A stretch of 64,000 nt of DNA from Mizuhopecten yessoensis. Lineage: Eukaryota. The DNA lies in the NCBI RefSeq assembly GCF_002113885.1, contig NW_018404771.1, positions 763,531 through 827,530 on the forward strand, read 5' to 3'. This document shows positions 51,701 through 64,000 of this stretch, piece after piece. The translations under genes were made by a program, and so were the position numbers. Below the pieces are notes generated by a model. That model had not been told where the DNA came from. It searched no databases and worked only from the letters and a program-made list of their open reading frames with translations. Position 1 is the first letter of the stretch. Each line of letters begins with the position of its first letter.

Positions 51701-54300
51701 ACTGGACGGGTTAGCTTACTGTGTTGTATGGTCAAGCTATCCTGTGCTTTTGACCGCTGTTATGATTTCCTCACCAATGCATCTAAGCCTGAAGAGGTCC
51801 ATCCATCCCGTAGACCACCTGTTACATTGCCCGGAAATGGCAATCCGAATAAACAGGTCAAGTCTTTTGTCTATAGAAAAAGCTTCATATATATCTAGCT
51901 CTTGTCAATGTCAACATTCTGATAACGATGCTCATGATGACCATCTGATAATGGAAATGATAGCGCTTCACTGTAAGGTTGTTGACACTGAGAATATGAT
52001 CAATGATTATTAGTTATTGCCGGAGATTGACCTTACTATTCTTGATCATGATAACGCTTTGTCGTCGTCAGCGTTACACGCATCCCTTTTGTCTCTTAAT
52101 TTTTACAGAAAATAAATATCAATTTTCTGTATCTTCAATAAGATTCATCAGTTAGGAAATATGCTATATCAAAAGTTTCCGTTATACACAAACAATGTTT
52201 GTATCAAACGTGTCGCAACATTTCAAGACCGCCCTTTGACGATATTAAGAGCTTCATATGTCATTCACGAAATGACGTTTCGCCGATCGATTGTCTATAT
52301 ACACACTGTATCAAATAGGAAAATCAGGAAAACTCACAACTTGAATAGAGACGAAGGACTGGGAGCACAAGCTAAGTAATCTGCATGATCCACTACAGAC
52401 CTAAGCGGGAGAGATAGCTCTTCACCCAGCCAAAAACCAATACAACCTTAAAACGTCGCGACACGCTCAGTACGTACCTTCTTAGTATATGAAGTAAAAC
52501 TTTGATATAAGAAAACGTCTTTATTTTTAATAGAAACATTTCTTATCTCGCCTTTAAGCGTTTCCTTTTCTAAAATTATTCCTTCAATCCGGTACAGATG
52601 TCTTCAACATTCCTAGGGTCACGCTGAACTATATGTTCTCTGAACAAAACGTAAATAAGCTTAACTCTTTGAATGTTGCTGATTCGATAGAGAAGGCAAG
52701 CTATTAACGTTTTTGAAACGGAAGGTATTTTGAGGCAATACCATCTTATTTAAGGTAAGATAACACTCCTCTTGCCCGAGGAGAGCCACTCTTTGTATTT
52801 GAAAATGAATTTCATTCATCCATTTTGGATAGATTGTCACAATGATTTGGTTTGAGTGGAGTGAGGATCCGGATCGGGGGTATATGGGCTTGCGCGTTTC
52901 GATGAATCTAAGAGCTATAGGTACAAGCGCCCACAGACTCGTATAGAGGAGTGACCAGACGACCACACAATTAAACCATCCCTTTTATATCAAGTATATT
53001 ATGATGTGCTGTTTTTGGCACACGAAACGTTGATGATGTCACGTTGGCGACAATAATGTGTATAACGCAACCAAATAGCGACAGTTTGGGACATATCTTG
53101 TTCTATGCAACTTTTACTCTTTTTTTTAATTATTATTTAAACGCCTCCCTAGGCACCGCCTTACTCTGGCTATATTGCAGAACGTTCGCCCATATGAGGA
53201 AGATTATAGATATTGTCACCAAGCTGGGAAATACGAAACGTCCTTTGAAAACGGTAAACGTTCGTTCAGTTTTAAAGGCTTAGCGCAATGATCAGTTTAC
53301 CGGTTGTCAGCATAATGTAACCACCAGGTGAAGTTCTGTGGTATGTAAAGTTTAGTCATTGAACAATATTTTGGGCATTACCTTAATTTCTACATTTTTT
53401 GTGTGAATGCGCATTTGTTTTTGGATTAACGATACATTCCATAAATGCTAGAATATCATTTGCCATAAATAACTTTGATGGAATTTCATAAAAGGATACT
53501 TGTATGCATATTTTTGTCTTTTGAAACAGAGTTCTTTAAAGGTGGGGTCAACATTTCGCCCCCACTTTGATTTCTTATATTCTTTTGCCATATGTAGATA
53601 CACAAAAATGATCAATAACTGCATAAATGATTATTCATAATTACTACTGATAACCGTAGGGGACCTCCTTGCATAACACCTTGTTGAGTGACGGGGGTTA
53701 CCTAACAAAATGACACATACATGTCACAGGCGAATGTAATTTTGAAAATGAATTATGAAAGTGTACAGTGTATAAAACTACTGTTATTTTGATACTAAAT
53801 ATGTCATATTGGTATACTTGAAGTAAGCGTAAGAAAAACAAACAGTTTCAAAAATTTTGAAGAAATTACCAACATTGTCAACTTGCCAATATATAGTTAC
53901 AATGGTAGTCTATATTTTAAACTTCTTAAAAAACTTCCCATATATGTATTCTGTCTACAGAATCATTTTTATGTAATATAAAAACCGGTTAAGTACATTT
54001 TTAGCATGCCTAACATGATCAATGCCAATTTCACATAATCTTGAAGATTTGATTATCAATGTTTGTTATGGTAAATACGAAAACATTTTCGTTTTTGTGT
54101 CATACCAAAACACTTTATTATTTTACGCATGTTTTAAATCTATGTGCAGCAGTAATAACTCATGCATATGTATTTTACCAAAGTAATCTGTCCTCTGGAG
54201 AGCTACTTAAGGTTATGATAGGTGTTATAGGTGTTATAGACAAAGATATGCAATTATATAAAAACAATAAAACAATATTAATATTAAAACTATTATACAC

Positions 54301-55047
54301 TTTATTATACTCCCCGCAAAGAAGTTAGGGAGAGGGGGGTGGGGTGGGGGTGGGGTNTGATAACTAACACCTGCAGTTGTGCATCCAGGCATTATGTTTT
54401 CATTCTGACCCTTTTTAACATAGTGATGGCCCTTTGTTGAAAAATCCTAGTCCGGACATATCCTCCAAAACTAAGGGGTGAATTTCAACGAAAGTTTTCA
54501 GATATGGTAACTACCACCTGATGGTGTGCATTCAGGTATTATTTTGTTCAATCTGACCTGTTTAGGAGTAATGGCCCTTTGTTGAAAAAAACTTGTCCAG
54601 ACTACTCCTCCAAAACTATGGGGCCAATTTCAATGGAAGTTTACAGATATGGTAACTGCCCCCTGATGTTGTGCATCAAAGTAGTATGTTTTCATTCCGA
54701 CCCTTTAAAAAGGAGTTATGGCCCATTGTTAAAAAAACTTTGTCTGCCTCGTAAACTACTGGGTCGATTTCAATGAATGTTTACATATATGGTAATTATC
54801 CCTTGATGTCGTGCATCAGGATACGTGCATCAGGGTAGTATTATTTTTCATTTCGACACTTTTGAAGGAGTTATGACAACTTTTCCTTAACTACTCGGAC
54901 GATTCAGCAAAACTGGTTCATCTGGGCTAACAAGATTTGGTATGGAAATATGTTTTGGCATGGGGAGGGAAGTATGTCAGTGACATATATACTTAAATAG
55001 TTACTGGTGGGAGACTATGGATTACTTTGCAATGCTTTGCCTTAGTT
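54301..55047 (+). mobile_element. HINE/pearl-like element carrying ~3.5 tandem cores of ~147 bp
   Basis: 5' TTTATTATACTCCCCGC. Cores are marked by GGCCC.TTGTT.AAAAA at ~54428, 54573 and 54721. 3' GGTGGGAGACTAT subterminal repeat, stem-loop and CTTAGTT end. The expected microsatellite position holds a G-run plus N. Confidence 0.85.
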
Positions 55048-55264
55048 AGCCTTCAGCTTACAGTTCTGGTGTATATAGAAGCGGGGGAATTACATTTAGT
55101 CAGTCTTTGGCTTACAGTTCTAGTTATTATTCGTTTTTTTTGCTTATTGCCATTCGTTAAACAAAATATGAAGGAGTATTGCTTTAATTTATATCGTTAA
55201 CTCTTAACAAATAAAGCAAGGAAAGATATCCTTGTCTGACTCCCAATACAAAAATGTTTTTAGC

Positions 55265-55370
55265 ACATTTGATTTTTGTGACCTTGAACGAAGGTCAAGG
55301 TCATCAACCTTAACAAAACTTAAATCCATTCATATGAACAACCTACTTGCCAAATATCAAGACCCAATGA
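55265..55370. repeat. Isolated HINE/satellite-type monomer fragment
   Basis: TGACCTTGAACGAAGGTCAAGGTCA palindrome followed by ...GCCAAATATCAAG, typical of bivalve Helentron-associated core repeats. Confidence 0.55.
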
Positions 55371-58300
55371 TCTTGATGAAGTGAAAGAAAAAGTGGAAAG
55401 AAAGCTCCGTTTTTCTATTTTTGAATCAAAAGTGTTTTATAACAAATTTAGCGGTTGTTATTTTTTTTTGAAATTCCTGAGATTGAAAGATATTATTGGT
55501 AGCCATCTTTTAATCAAGTATGAAAAATAGACTAGTTTTAGAACTATATAAATTAACGTGTCAAAAATTGAAATTTTCTCATAAGTTATAAAATTTCACA
55601 TACTTTTCTGCTTTAATCCTCAATAAAAAAACCAATTCTTTCTTGAAATAATGTAATATTCGGTATCGAAATAATAGTTGGAATATGTTATATATTATTT
55701 AACATGAAATATGTCGAATCGTATTCAATATTCTATTGACAATGTTAGATTATCCTATTGTTACTTTTTGAAGGCAACACATATTTTAAGAAGTGTGCAA
55801 AGATATGCCGTGCCACTAAGAAAAATCTGAAATTGATGCATATTTTTGTTGTTTTTACCAACCGACAAAAACCAAAACCCTTAACCACCTGCTAACTTTT
55901 GGCATTGATCAACCACCACTGCGTAAATACGTCAAGACTGTTGTCTTAACAGACAGTAAATAATCCTGTAATGTTCGTGTTTTTGTTTTCATGTTAAGAG
56001 TAACTATCTCTGTCATAAGGCAATGCTCATTAATTCGCTTCAAGTTAATCAATTAATTAAACATGGCGTCAGATCATTGACTTTATTCCATATCAAGTTA
56101 AGTTTAATTACCGATCAATTGCGGTCAATGTCCTCATTTGAACTACAAGTTATTAAAGATGAAAGTACTTCACCATTTAATCCTCTGGGTTTTTTTTTGT
56201 ACAGAGCGAAGGACACAGCATAACGGTAATCACTATGCCTAGGTAACTATCGTCTGTAATTTAAATATCCAATGTCGAAATGTGAAATCCACTGTTCAAA
56301 ACAAGAAGCAATTTCCGAAATATTTCCGGACGTATCTTAGTTAATAACCTAACATTATTATCTCCTGTACCCTTTATGTATATTAACATCCGAAAGCCCG
56401 AGTATTCTGTATCACTAAAACACGATCTATTGTTTGTTATTCATCGTCAAACATTCCGCAGTTCTGCCATTTCACATCAAGAAGGCGTGGGTTGATAATG
56501 ATATGTCAAGCTTGATATTGGTCGAGGCCATAGTTAAAAATAGAGTTTATGGTCGGAAAATATAGTCCGGATATGGAGATAGTGCAACTGCTCTTGTGCA
56601 TCACAAATATATATTATGAAAGATACATTGAAATTTGGACTTTAACTGACAAATGTTTAGATTATTTTGATACGAAATTATGAACTACAAATATTGCTCA
56701 TTTTCAAAAAAATATATAGTTCTTTTATGATGCCTAATCACGCTTATGGCCCGACTTTTAAAACTAAACCCAACTACTTTTCCCTAAAAAGAAAATCAAA
56801 GATTCATCAGAATATTACTAACGTTTTGATATATCACACTTCACGCAACGATATATACAACTACATTACCGTCAATTGGAAATAAAACGGTAGCCTTGAC
56901 CAATTTATCGTTGTGAGAAAGCAGAGGGGAAAAATTCTCCAGAATACGCAACATATAAACTTCAAACCCACAGTTAAGTAACACCAATCTGTGTTTTTCA
57001 TTGACAGGCTCTTAATCAACCTTCAAATAATAACAACTTTTGGTGTTATATGAAAGATATAGTCTTTTTCTATATATGCCAGCACTTCATATCAGTAAAT
57101 TTTACCGAAAACAAAGGCGTGATAACGTCATAGGTTTAAATTGCTCATACCTATATATCGATTTTCTCTATCTTTATGTGACATGTTCTTTTTACAAGGA
57201 AATGAAACCTTGTAATGTAGGTAAAACCCAACGATGTTTCCGTTGTATGCTAATTTCATTTGTGTTCTTATATAATCTGAACGAAACACTTGAATCAAGC
57301 ATCTCTTATATGCTATGAAGTATCCTAGCTATAACTTGGCATCACCCCTGACCCAAAACACGGGACCGATATGTTCTCTTTGTGCGCATCTTTTTCAATT
57401 ACAGTTATTTTTACGCAAATGTTTTTAGAAGAAACGAGTTTGTGTTTTGATGTTTTGAAAATCAATAGTAAGTCAATTCCGAATAGTAGTAAATAGGTTT
57501 ACTACACCATGAACCACTTTGTTCATTCGGAAATCATCAGTGGTTGGCATGGTCAAAAGTATAAAAAAAGAAATCCATTGTCAAAAAGCTTTTCGAAACA
57601 AATATACAAAAAAAAAAAAAAAGCAAAAAGAGAAAAAGTGAAAGTAACACCAATAATAACGTCACAAGTTTAGGTCCTTTATCTGCAACAGATAATTTCA
57701 TTTAAAACTAATATTTCAGTTTAATCATGGCAAAATAAATTCCAGCAACAATGTGGCGGCCAACCTCGATAATTAACGAGTCATTCGGCGTTGTTCATTC
57801 AATCAGTCATTAGCCTAAAAATCCCCAAGAAAGAGGCTCTCTTTTACTGCAGTTCCAAGGACAGATCATCGATAAGGAAATTAAACATTATAGGCTTAAC
57901 TTACTGGTTAAACGACAAGTGGGACACCAAATGAATACTTCCTATATATTTATATAGTTATACAAACTCATCAGGTGAGTGAACTTTTCTGATACGCAAA
58001 ACGCCTTAACAATTCAATGAACTGTTTCAACATTTTCAAATGTTTTGTTTGTAAGCCACCAGACAAAAAGAATCTAAAAAAAGTCGGGTTTGTCCATTCA
58101 ATATTACGTCTTATTCTGCATTCTATTCCATTTTCTTCTCTACTTTTCACAACAACCCTAGTCAATAAAATGCCGTACTTAGTTAAGAAGGTTTGATGCC
58201 CCGATCTCAATTCAGAACAAAATATTGAAACATTGCGAACCAAGCGCTATGCCAAACTAATCAGGCTCTCCAAGGTTTTCTCCTCTCTCCTTCTCTTCAA

Positions 58301-58809
58301 TCTACATTTTTATTTTCACTTTTCCAGTATTTTAGATAAAGGAAGCATGCAATCTATAAATCATCATTGCTCATTCCCTATAAGAATATCAAATACATTA
58401 ATATTCCTGTTTTGAAGGATTTCCTACGAAATGGATTCGTACAGAACATTTCAATTTGTTTCAATGGTACAAAACAATCGATTTGCAATATTTTCTAAAG
58501 CTTGATAAAATCTTAATGTTTATGAGTTATGCTTCAAATCTATTCCAGGCCAAAAAATCTGACAAATTGCCTAAATGAATTTCGGTGATGTGAGTGCTGA
58601 ATTTCTTTCTGTTTGTGAATTCAATTATACTAACACTGAGGGATGTTTACAGAAACAGCACGGACGTGAACATCTAAGCTTATAGTTCACGTTATGACGT
58701 AGTTGTAAGCTAGACTAATATTGATTTTGAAATTTAAGGACTGATTTTTATTTCATTTCTGGTTGATTATTTATATTGTTTTGTCTTTGCTACATAGTTT
58801 AGTTTGTAT

Positions 58810-59040
58810 ACAATTAAAGTGAAAATTTTCGCGTGTGGAATTGTTTGTGTTGTGTTATTTTCGCGGTGGGGCAATTTTTGCTTTCGCAATGTACTGAAAT
58901 CTTTATATTACTGTAAACATGATTTTAATCTACATTATTATTAATTAATACATATTCGCGTGTTTATTGTTTGCTCCATTTTACTGAACGTAAAAAACCA
59001 AATCAGGAAAATATCCTCACCGCGAATATTTGTACGGTAA
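58810..59040. mobile_element. Decayed TA-MITE similar in class to 9373-9581
   Basis: Repeated ATTTTCGCG units on the left; CACCGCGAATATTTGTACGGTA at the right end. Confidence 0.45.
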
Positions 59041-60029
59041 GGAATTATGGCTACTTTTGGCGAAGTCGACTTACGAACTTTACTTAAGTGTAAATGTATA
59101 CTGTATGTGTCTACAAGTAGGATATGGAATGAATATAAATATTTTCGATTTTATTTTCAAATTTTGTTTTGTAGAAACGTGAAATAAAATGCCTCTTTTT
59201 CAGCTTTATTTCGTTCATAACGCGAACGAACATTTAAGATCGTTTAGATGATTATACAATATGCATACGATGCTTTTACAACTTAATCTGGTTTTTTTCT
59301 TAACTATATTAGCCAATGGAATGAATATCTGACATTGACAGACTCTATATACAAATAATGTGAGATGAAACAAACATTTGAAATTGACACAATTTCCGCA
59401 ACTGATGAGAAAATAAACATTACTTGATGACACATAGATCTGGTGTAGGTTATTCAATTACAAAGTATTTAATTATGTGTCTATTGAGTAAGGGCACCTG
59501 CATTACTCTACACAGAAACCCGGATACAGTGTATTTTAATGGAATAATGGAGCCTTATTAAACTTCTAAGTTAACCAAAACAAGGTTAGTCAAATATGTT
59601 GTCTTAAAACATACTTCTGCCGAAAGATATCCTGTTAAATGCTGTTATTCTAAAAAGAACAGTATTCGATGGAGCTTCTGCAGACATTTAACAGTGTATG
59701 ATTGACGTCTATTGGACCTGCACAAGATCAAAGTGACGGCAAGTTCTAGCGAACAACTGTCAATTTTATAGGAAGTGGAAATTTATGTTACGTTTTAGCG
59801 CGTGTTAGCTGACATACAACAATGTGTAACTTACCCTGTGGTAAGAAACCACCAGGAAATGTTCTGTTTCGATTCAAAGGATATATGTATACAGTGTGGA
59901 ATTGCTATTCGCGTACATAATTCCAAGATTCCAAGTATCAAGTTACAAATAGAGATGGTTTGAGTGGTTAACATAATCCATATGACGATAGTTACAATTC
60001 GCTATGGACTGATAACCGGTATTGTTAAT

Positions 60030-60360
60030 TCTCCTTGATAACACCTCTGGACTGGTGACCGATAATTCAAATTTTGTATGAGGACTTCTTCAAACTGATG
60101 ACCAGATGGGTTAGTCCTGGTTGATGACTTCTCCAGACTGGTAGCCAACAATTCTAATCTTGGCTTCTCCTGATTAGTAACTTGAAGTGTTGCAAGTGGG
60201 AGATGATTGCTCCAGAGTGATAACCAGCAGGGTTAGTTATGGATAATGACTGCTCTATACAGGTTACCACTAGGGTAAGTCATGATTGATGACTACCACA
60301 ACCTGGTTACCAGTAGGGTTAGTCAAGGGTGATCTGCTTCTGACTGACTGCTCTGGATTG
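60030..60360. repeat. Degenerate 43-bp tandem repeat
   Basis: Consensus approximately GATGACTGCTCCAGACTGGTTACCAGTAGGGTTAGTCATGGTT. GGTTAG/GGTAAG at 60231, 60274 and 60317. Confidence 0.75.
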
Positions 60361-63144
60361 TTTGCCAATATAGTGTGTTGTACGTTTAGATTGTGTTATT
60401 GGGCTGGGCCTCCCTCCAGGGTTCTTTAAGAAGATTTTGAATCGGCAGTCAATATACAAAGCCGCCTCTTGTCTCATTAGTTCTTCTTGTATCGTCTTTA
60501 GATTAAATATCGTTTCTTTTGTATCGACATTTAGGTACATTTGGTAAAAAAAAGATTAAAGAAATAACCATAATTGAAGAGCATTAAGATTTTCAAAAAC
60601 CTTTGAAGTATTTTTGTTTGTTTACTTAACTGGACAAAGCAATAGATTTGTTTTACCTGACTGTATGAAAGATCATTTTTGAGGTAAGAAAATATCTTTA
60701 ACAAACATCATGCATTCAAAGTAATATTGTTCCTCCTATAAGATGCATGCATAGATTTTTCTTTTAATAATTCAGTCACAATTTTTCGAAGATATGTATT
60801 ACTGCTCTTTCATTTTTCAATATTATTTAATACACAAATATAGAATAATTTACCATGAGCTGCCCCAAGATAAGAAAATATTGTACAATTATAATAAAAC
60901 CGTATGTAATCACCCCAAAGCCAAAAGTCGAGCAACGGCTACCAGTAGATTAGGAATAAAACCTTATTGAACCCTCTAAACATCCGCGTCCTGTTTCGAT
61001 TTATTCTAGGTTTTTGTATCATTGAATAAGATACTGTTTTTCAGAACACTCCTTTTTGGGGTTTCCATTTGTAGAAAAGAGATTTCTGAAAATAAGAATA
61101 TTTCCAAATCGGCTTAACCTTTAAAGATATAGCCCACTGGGGAGGTTTTAATAGTGTTGAACCGGAAGCCCACTGAAGCTTGTCGCTGAATCGGTATCGA
61201 AGAAACATCAGCCTCAGTCGAGCGCTTGGCTGGCGCCGAAGATTGAGCGGAGGATTGCATGGTTGTGTTAATAGTGAAGTAGCCGACCAGACATATCTGT
61301 CAGGATTATTGGATCAAGACCGGTCAAGGTCGTCGATAGGTATCTATTTCTATTTGTAAAATATCAAAGGCGAATTTACAACCCTGCTTTGACGATCGAG
61401 AAGATAGCTTAAACAGTAATACAAACGTAACAATATCTTTATTAGTTTTCCTTTCCTCGCCTGGTTAGCGAACCAGTACTTGCCATTTCGTATTATGTGT
61501 CCGTCAATCGCGTACCGATTGATCCATTATTATAGCCCAATAGTGGCCCAGTCATCTGTAGAAAGGGTCTTCATATGACCTTTACTGATATGAAGATGCA
61601 CAACCTAAACAAACAAACAAATACATCTGCCATTTCGAACGGAAGATACTCATTGTTTTGAAATTGTATATTTACACAATTTCCCGTATAAGTTTAGTTC
61701 TCTTTGTGTTACATTTGATCGTGTTTTTTCTGTTCCTATCAAACTAACTGCGTACATATACTAGCTATGAAACAAACGACAATGTCCAAAGATGCTAGAA
61801 TGTAAACTTGGATATTCCAAAAGTGACAAGCATAGTACAGTGTAAAATGTCTCCTTCCGAAATGAAAGTGAATATAGCTGCTACGCTTTTAATTTACCAA
61901 ATATTGTCGGTGACATCACGATGTTGTTACATGTTTGGAGTTATTATTAGCCGTTCGATCAGCTAACAAACACCGTTTCGGTAATTTTTGTACGACTCAA
62001 CTTCAATTTTATATTACAAGCCGAGTTTGTACTTTTAAATCTGATAGGGTTTTGGTGCCACAAAACATTGATAAAAGGTTACAGTAGAAGATAAAACTTC
62101 GGAAACTATCTACAGTGGGGAAGTCCTTGCACAAAAAAGATTTTCTTTGCAGTTTTGAAGGGAACAGTAACAAATTTTCATAATCCCTTAAAATAGGATA
62201 CAGAAGAAATAAAACCGTTTTCTACATGTGCTCCTATCTGATCATGACGAGAAAGCAACCAGGTTATTCTTATTTGCGTACACGTGTGATGGATTGAACG
62301 TTAACGTCACAATAAAATGTCACGAACTAAAATATGAAACTAAATAGAACAAAGATGTAGTGTCATCAAAAAAGGACTAAATTGGAACACAAATTCAATA
62401 TAATGATCGGAAAGAGCTCTTAGGGAAAAAGACCTTGGCCACCACTGATATTCATCATGCGCAGACCTCGTATTTTAAATAATGAAACACGTTTTGTTTG
62501 ATTTGTTCAGTCATCAAAGGGAATTTGTGAAAAGTAGTTTTATTAGCTATGCATTTCTTTAAAAAATATCGTGATACATAAATAATCTCCTTTCCATAAA
62601 ATATTTTCATGGCAAAGCTCCTGATTGACATTTTTACTAAGTTGAAATTCTGATTTAGATAACCAGGTTGTACACTATAAACCCCCTTTATACTATTCCA
62701 ATAAAAGAACAAGAATGACCCAAATACAAACGTCTACTAAAAGGTCGGTTATAAAAACGATAAATAAATAAATATTCGAACTTGTTATCACATGCTAATC
62801 TACCGATTCTGCGAGGAAACCCTCGGCGAGCTTAATCTTGTTACAGATTTCTTGCGATTAATTTTGGAAAGATATAAAAAAAGTTATAAACTTCCCATCA
62901 ATACCACTAGTAAAATAGAATTTAGAAAAAAAAGTGCTACAGTGATTGAAGTAAACTTTTTGCACTCAAACTGAGCCAACAGCTCATTCTAACATTGTAC
63001 AATTTTGATAATGAAGATACATCACGCTATCTAGGCGTCCAGCTCTTTAAACTAACAGGACTAAAACCCCGATAAAACTAGGACTAACTATTAACAAAGG
63101 ATATGGTTACACGGATATGTTTTATGAAGTACAAGGAAATAAGA

Positions 63145-63414
63145 CCTGGGCACGTATTCATGAAACCGTTCTCATGCTCAAGCATAGATTATGTGCTCAA
63201 TTTTGTTTTGAAACTCGCTTAAATCATGTCAAACGATCAAAAAGGCAAATGTTAAGATTGAAAGCTGCATTCGGCTTAAAATCTTTTCAATTTCGTTTCC
63301 AAATCATTGACAAAATAAGATTATATTTTTAATTTACAAACGGAACAAGAAATAAGGCTGCAGCACAAAATCCATGCTTGAGCCTGAAAATTTTTTCATG
63401 AGTACAGGCCAAGG
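63145..63414. mobile_element. PIF/Harbinger-type MITE with ~50-bp TIRs
   Basis: Left CCTGGGCACGTATTCATGAAA..TTCTCATGCTCAAGCATAGATTATGTGCT versus the reverse complement of the right end, CCTTGGCCTGTACTCATGAAA..TTTTCAGGCTCAAGCATGGATTTTGTGCT. Confidence 0.82.
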
Positions 63415-64000
63415 TGTTCCGGAATGATAATCTACTGCTGCACCGAAGACAACGCCATATTAATTGAGGTTAAATCCACTCATTTATCCTAAATACCGTG
63501 AACACCCTATCTAGAATTTACCATTAAAGCCATACAAAAGTTGGTGTTGTCTCGCTGGCACTAAATCAAGATCATCAGCGATACGTGTGTGCGTGTGATA
63601 TCTTGCTGAACATTGAAACAATTCTCAATTAGTTTTTTGAAGACAGATCATTGTGTAAAATTACCCGATTGGAATGAATAGCCAACGCTGTCAGATTGTT
63701 AATAAAACTGAGAGTTAAATGACGAATAGTCATGAATAAAAAGTCCAACTAGCTGTTACTTTAGCTGATGTTTAATTCCTGGGGACAATTTGATATTTCC
63801 TGCCGACTGTTTGATATTTCCGCGTGTCATATCTGCATACAGCTGAGCTATGCGAAACATCAAAAACATCATCAAGTTCATCTATTATTTAAGAGCGAAC
63901 GTTTTATGCATCACATCGCCATGTTGGGTCTTCACACGAACCTGAGTGCTTCATCCCGTCAGGATGAGTACATTGCATTATAACACACCTGGACCGCCTT

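Overview
AT-rich eukaryotic DNA that is essentially non-coding. The longest ORF is 123 aa and none looks like a host protein. The repeat content points to an intergenic or intronic region of a bivalve mollusc genome (inference from family resemblance, not a database result): V-domain tRNA-SINEs, pearl/HINE-type elements with ~150-bp cores, palindromic MITEs and TAG-terminated elements with 9-10 bp TSDs. Well supported: three copies of one V-SINE family (one with a 12-bp TSD), two HINE-like elements, a 705-bp foldback element with ~198-bp TIRs and a 9-bp TSD (AcademH/MULE-like), several MITEs, three large minisatellites (39, 29 and 31 bp units), several old degenerate arrays and a few decayed LINE fragments. 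I found no intact protein-coding gene, rRNA, bona fide tRNA or CRISPR array, and no new multi-gene system that I can support. The most unusual items are a ~300-bp DUP-TRP/INV-DUP-like rearrangement around a 98-bp TIR element (48.5 kb), an excess of TGACGTCA (CRE) palindromes, a duplicated splice-acceptor-like module, and a TATA/Inr/donor arrangement suggesting a non-coding first exon at 42.2-42.7 kb.
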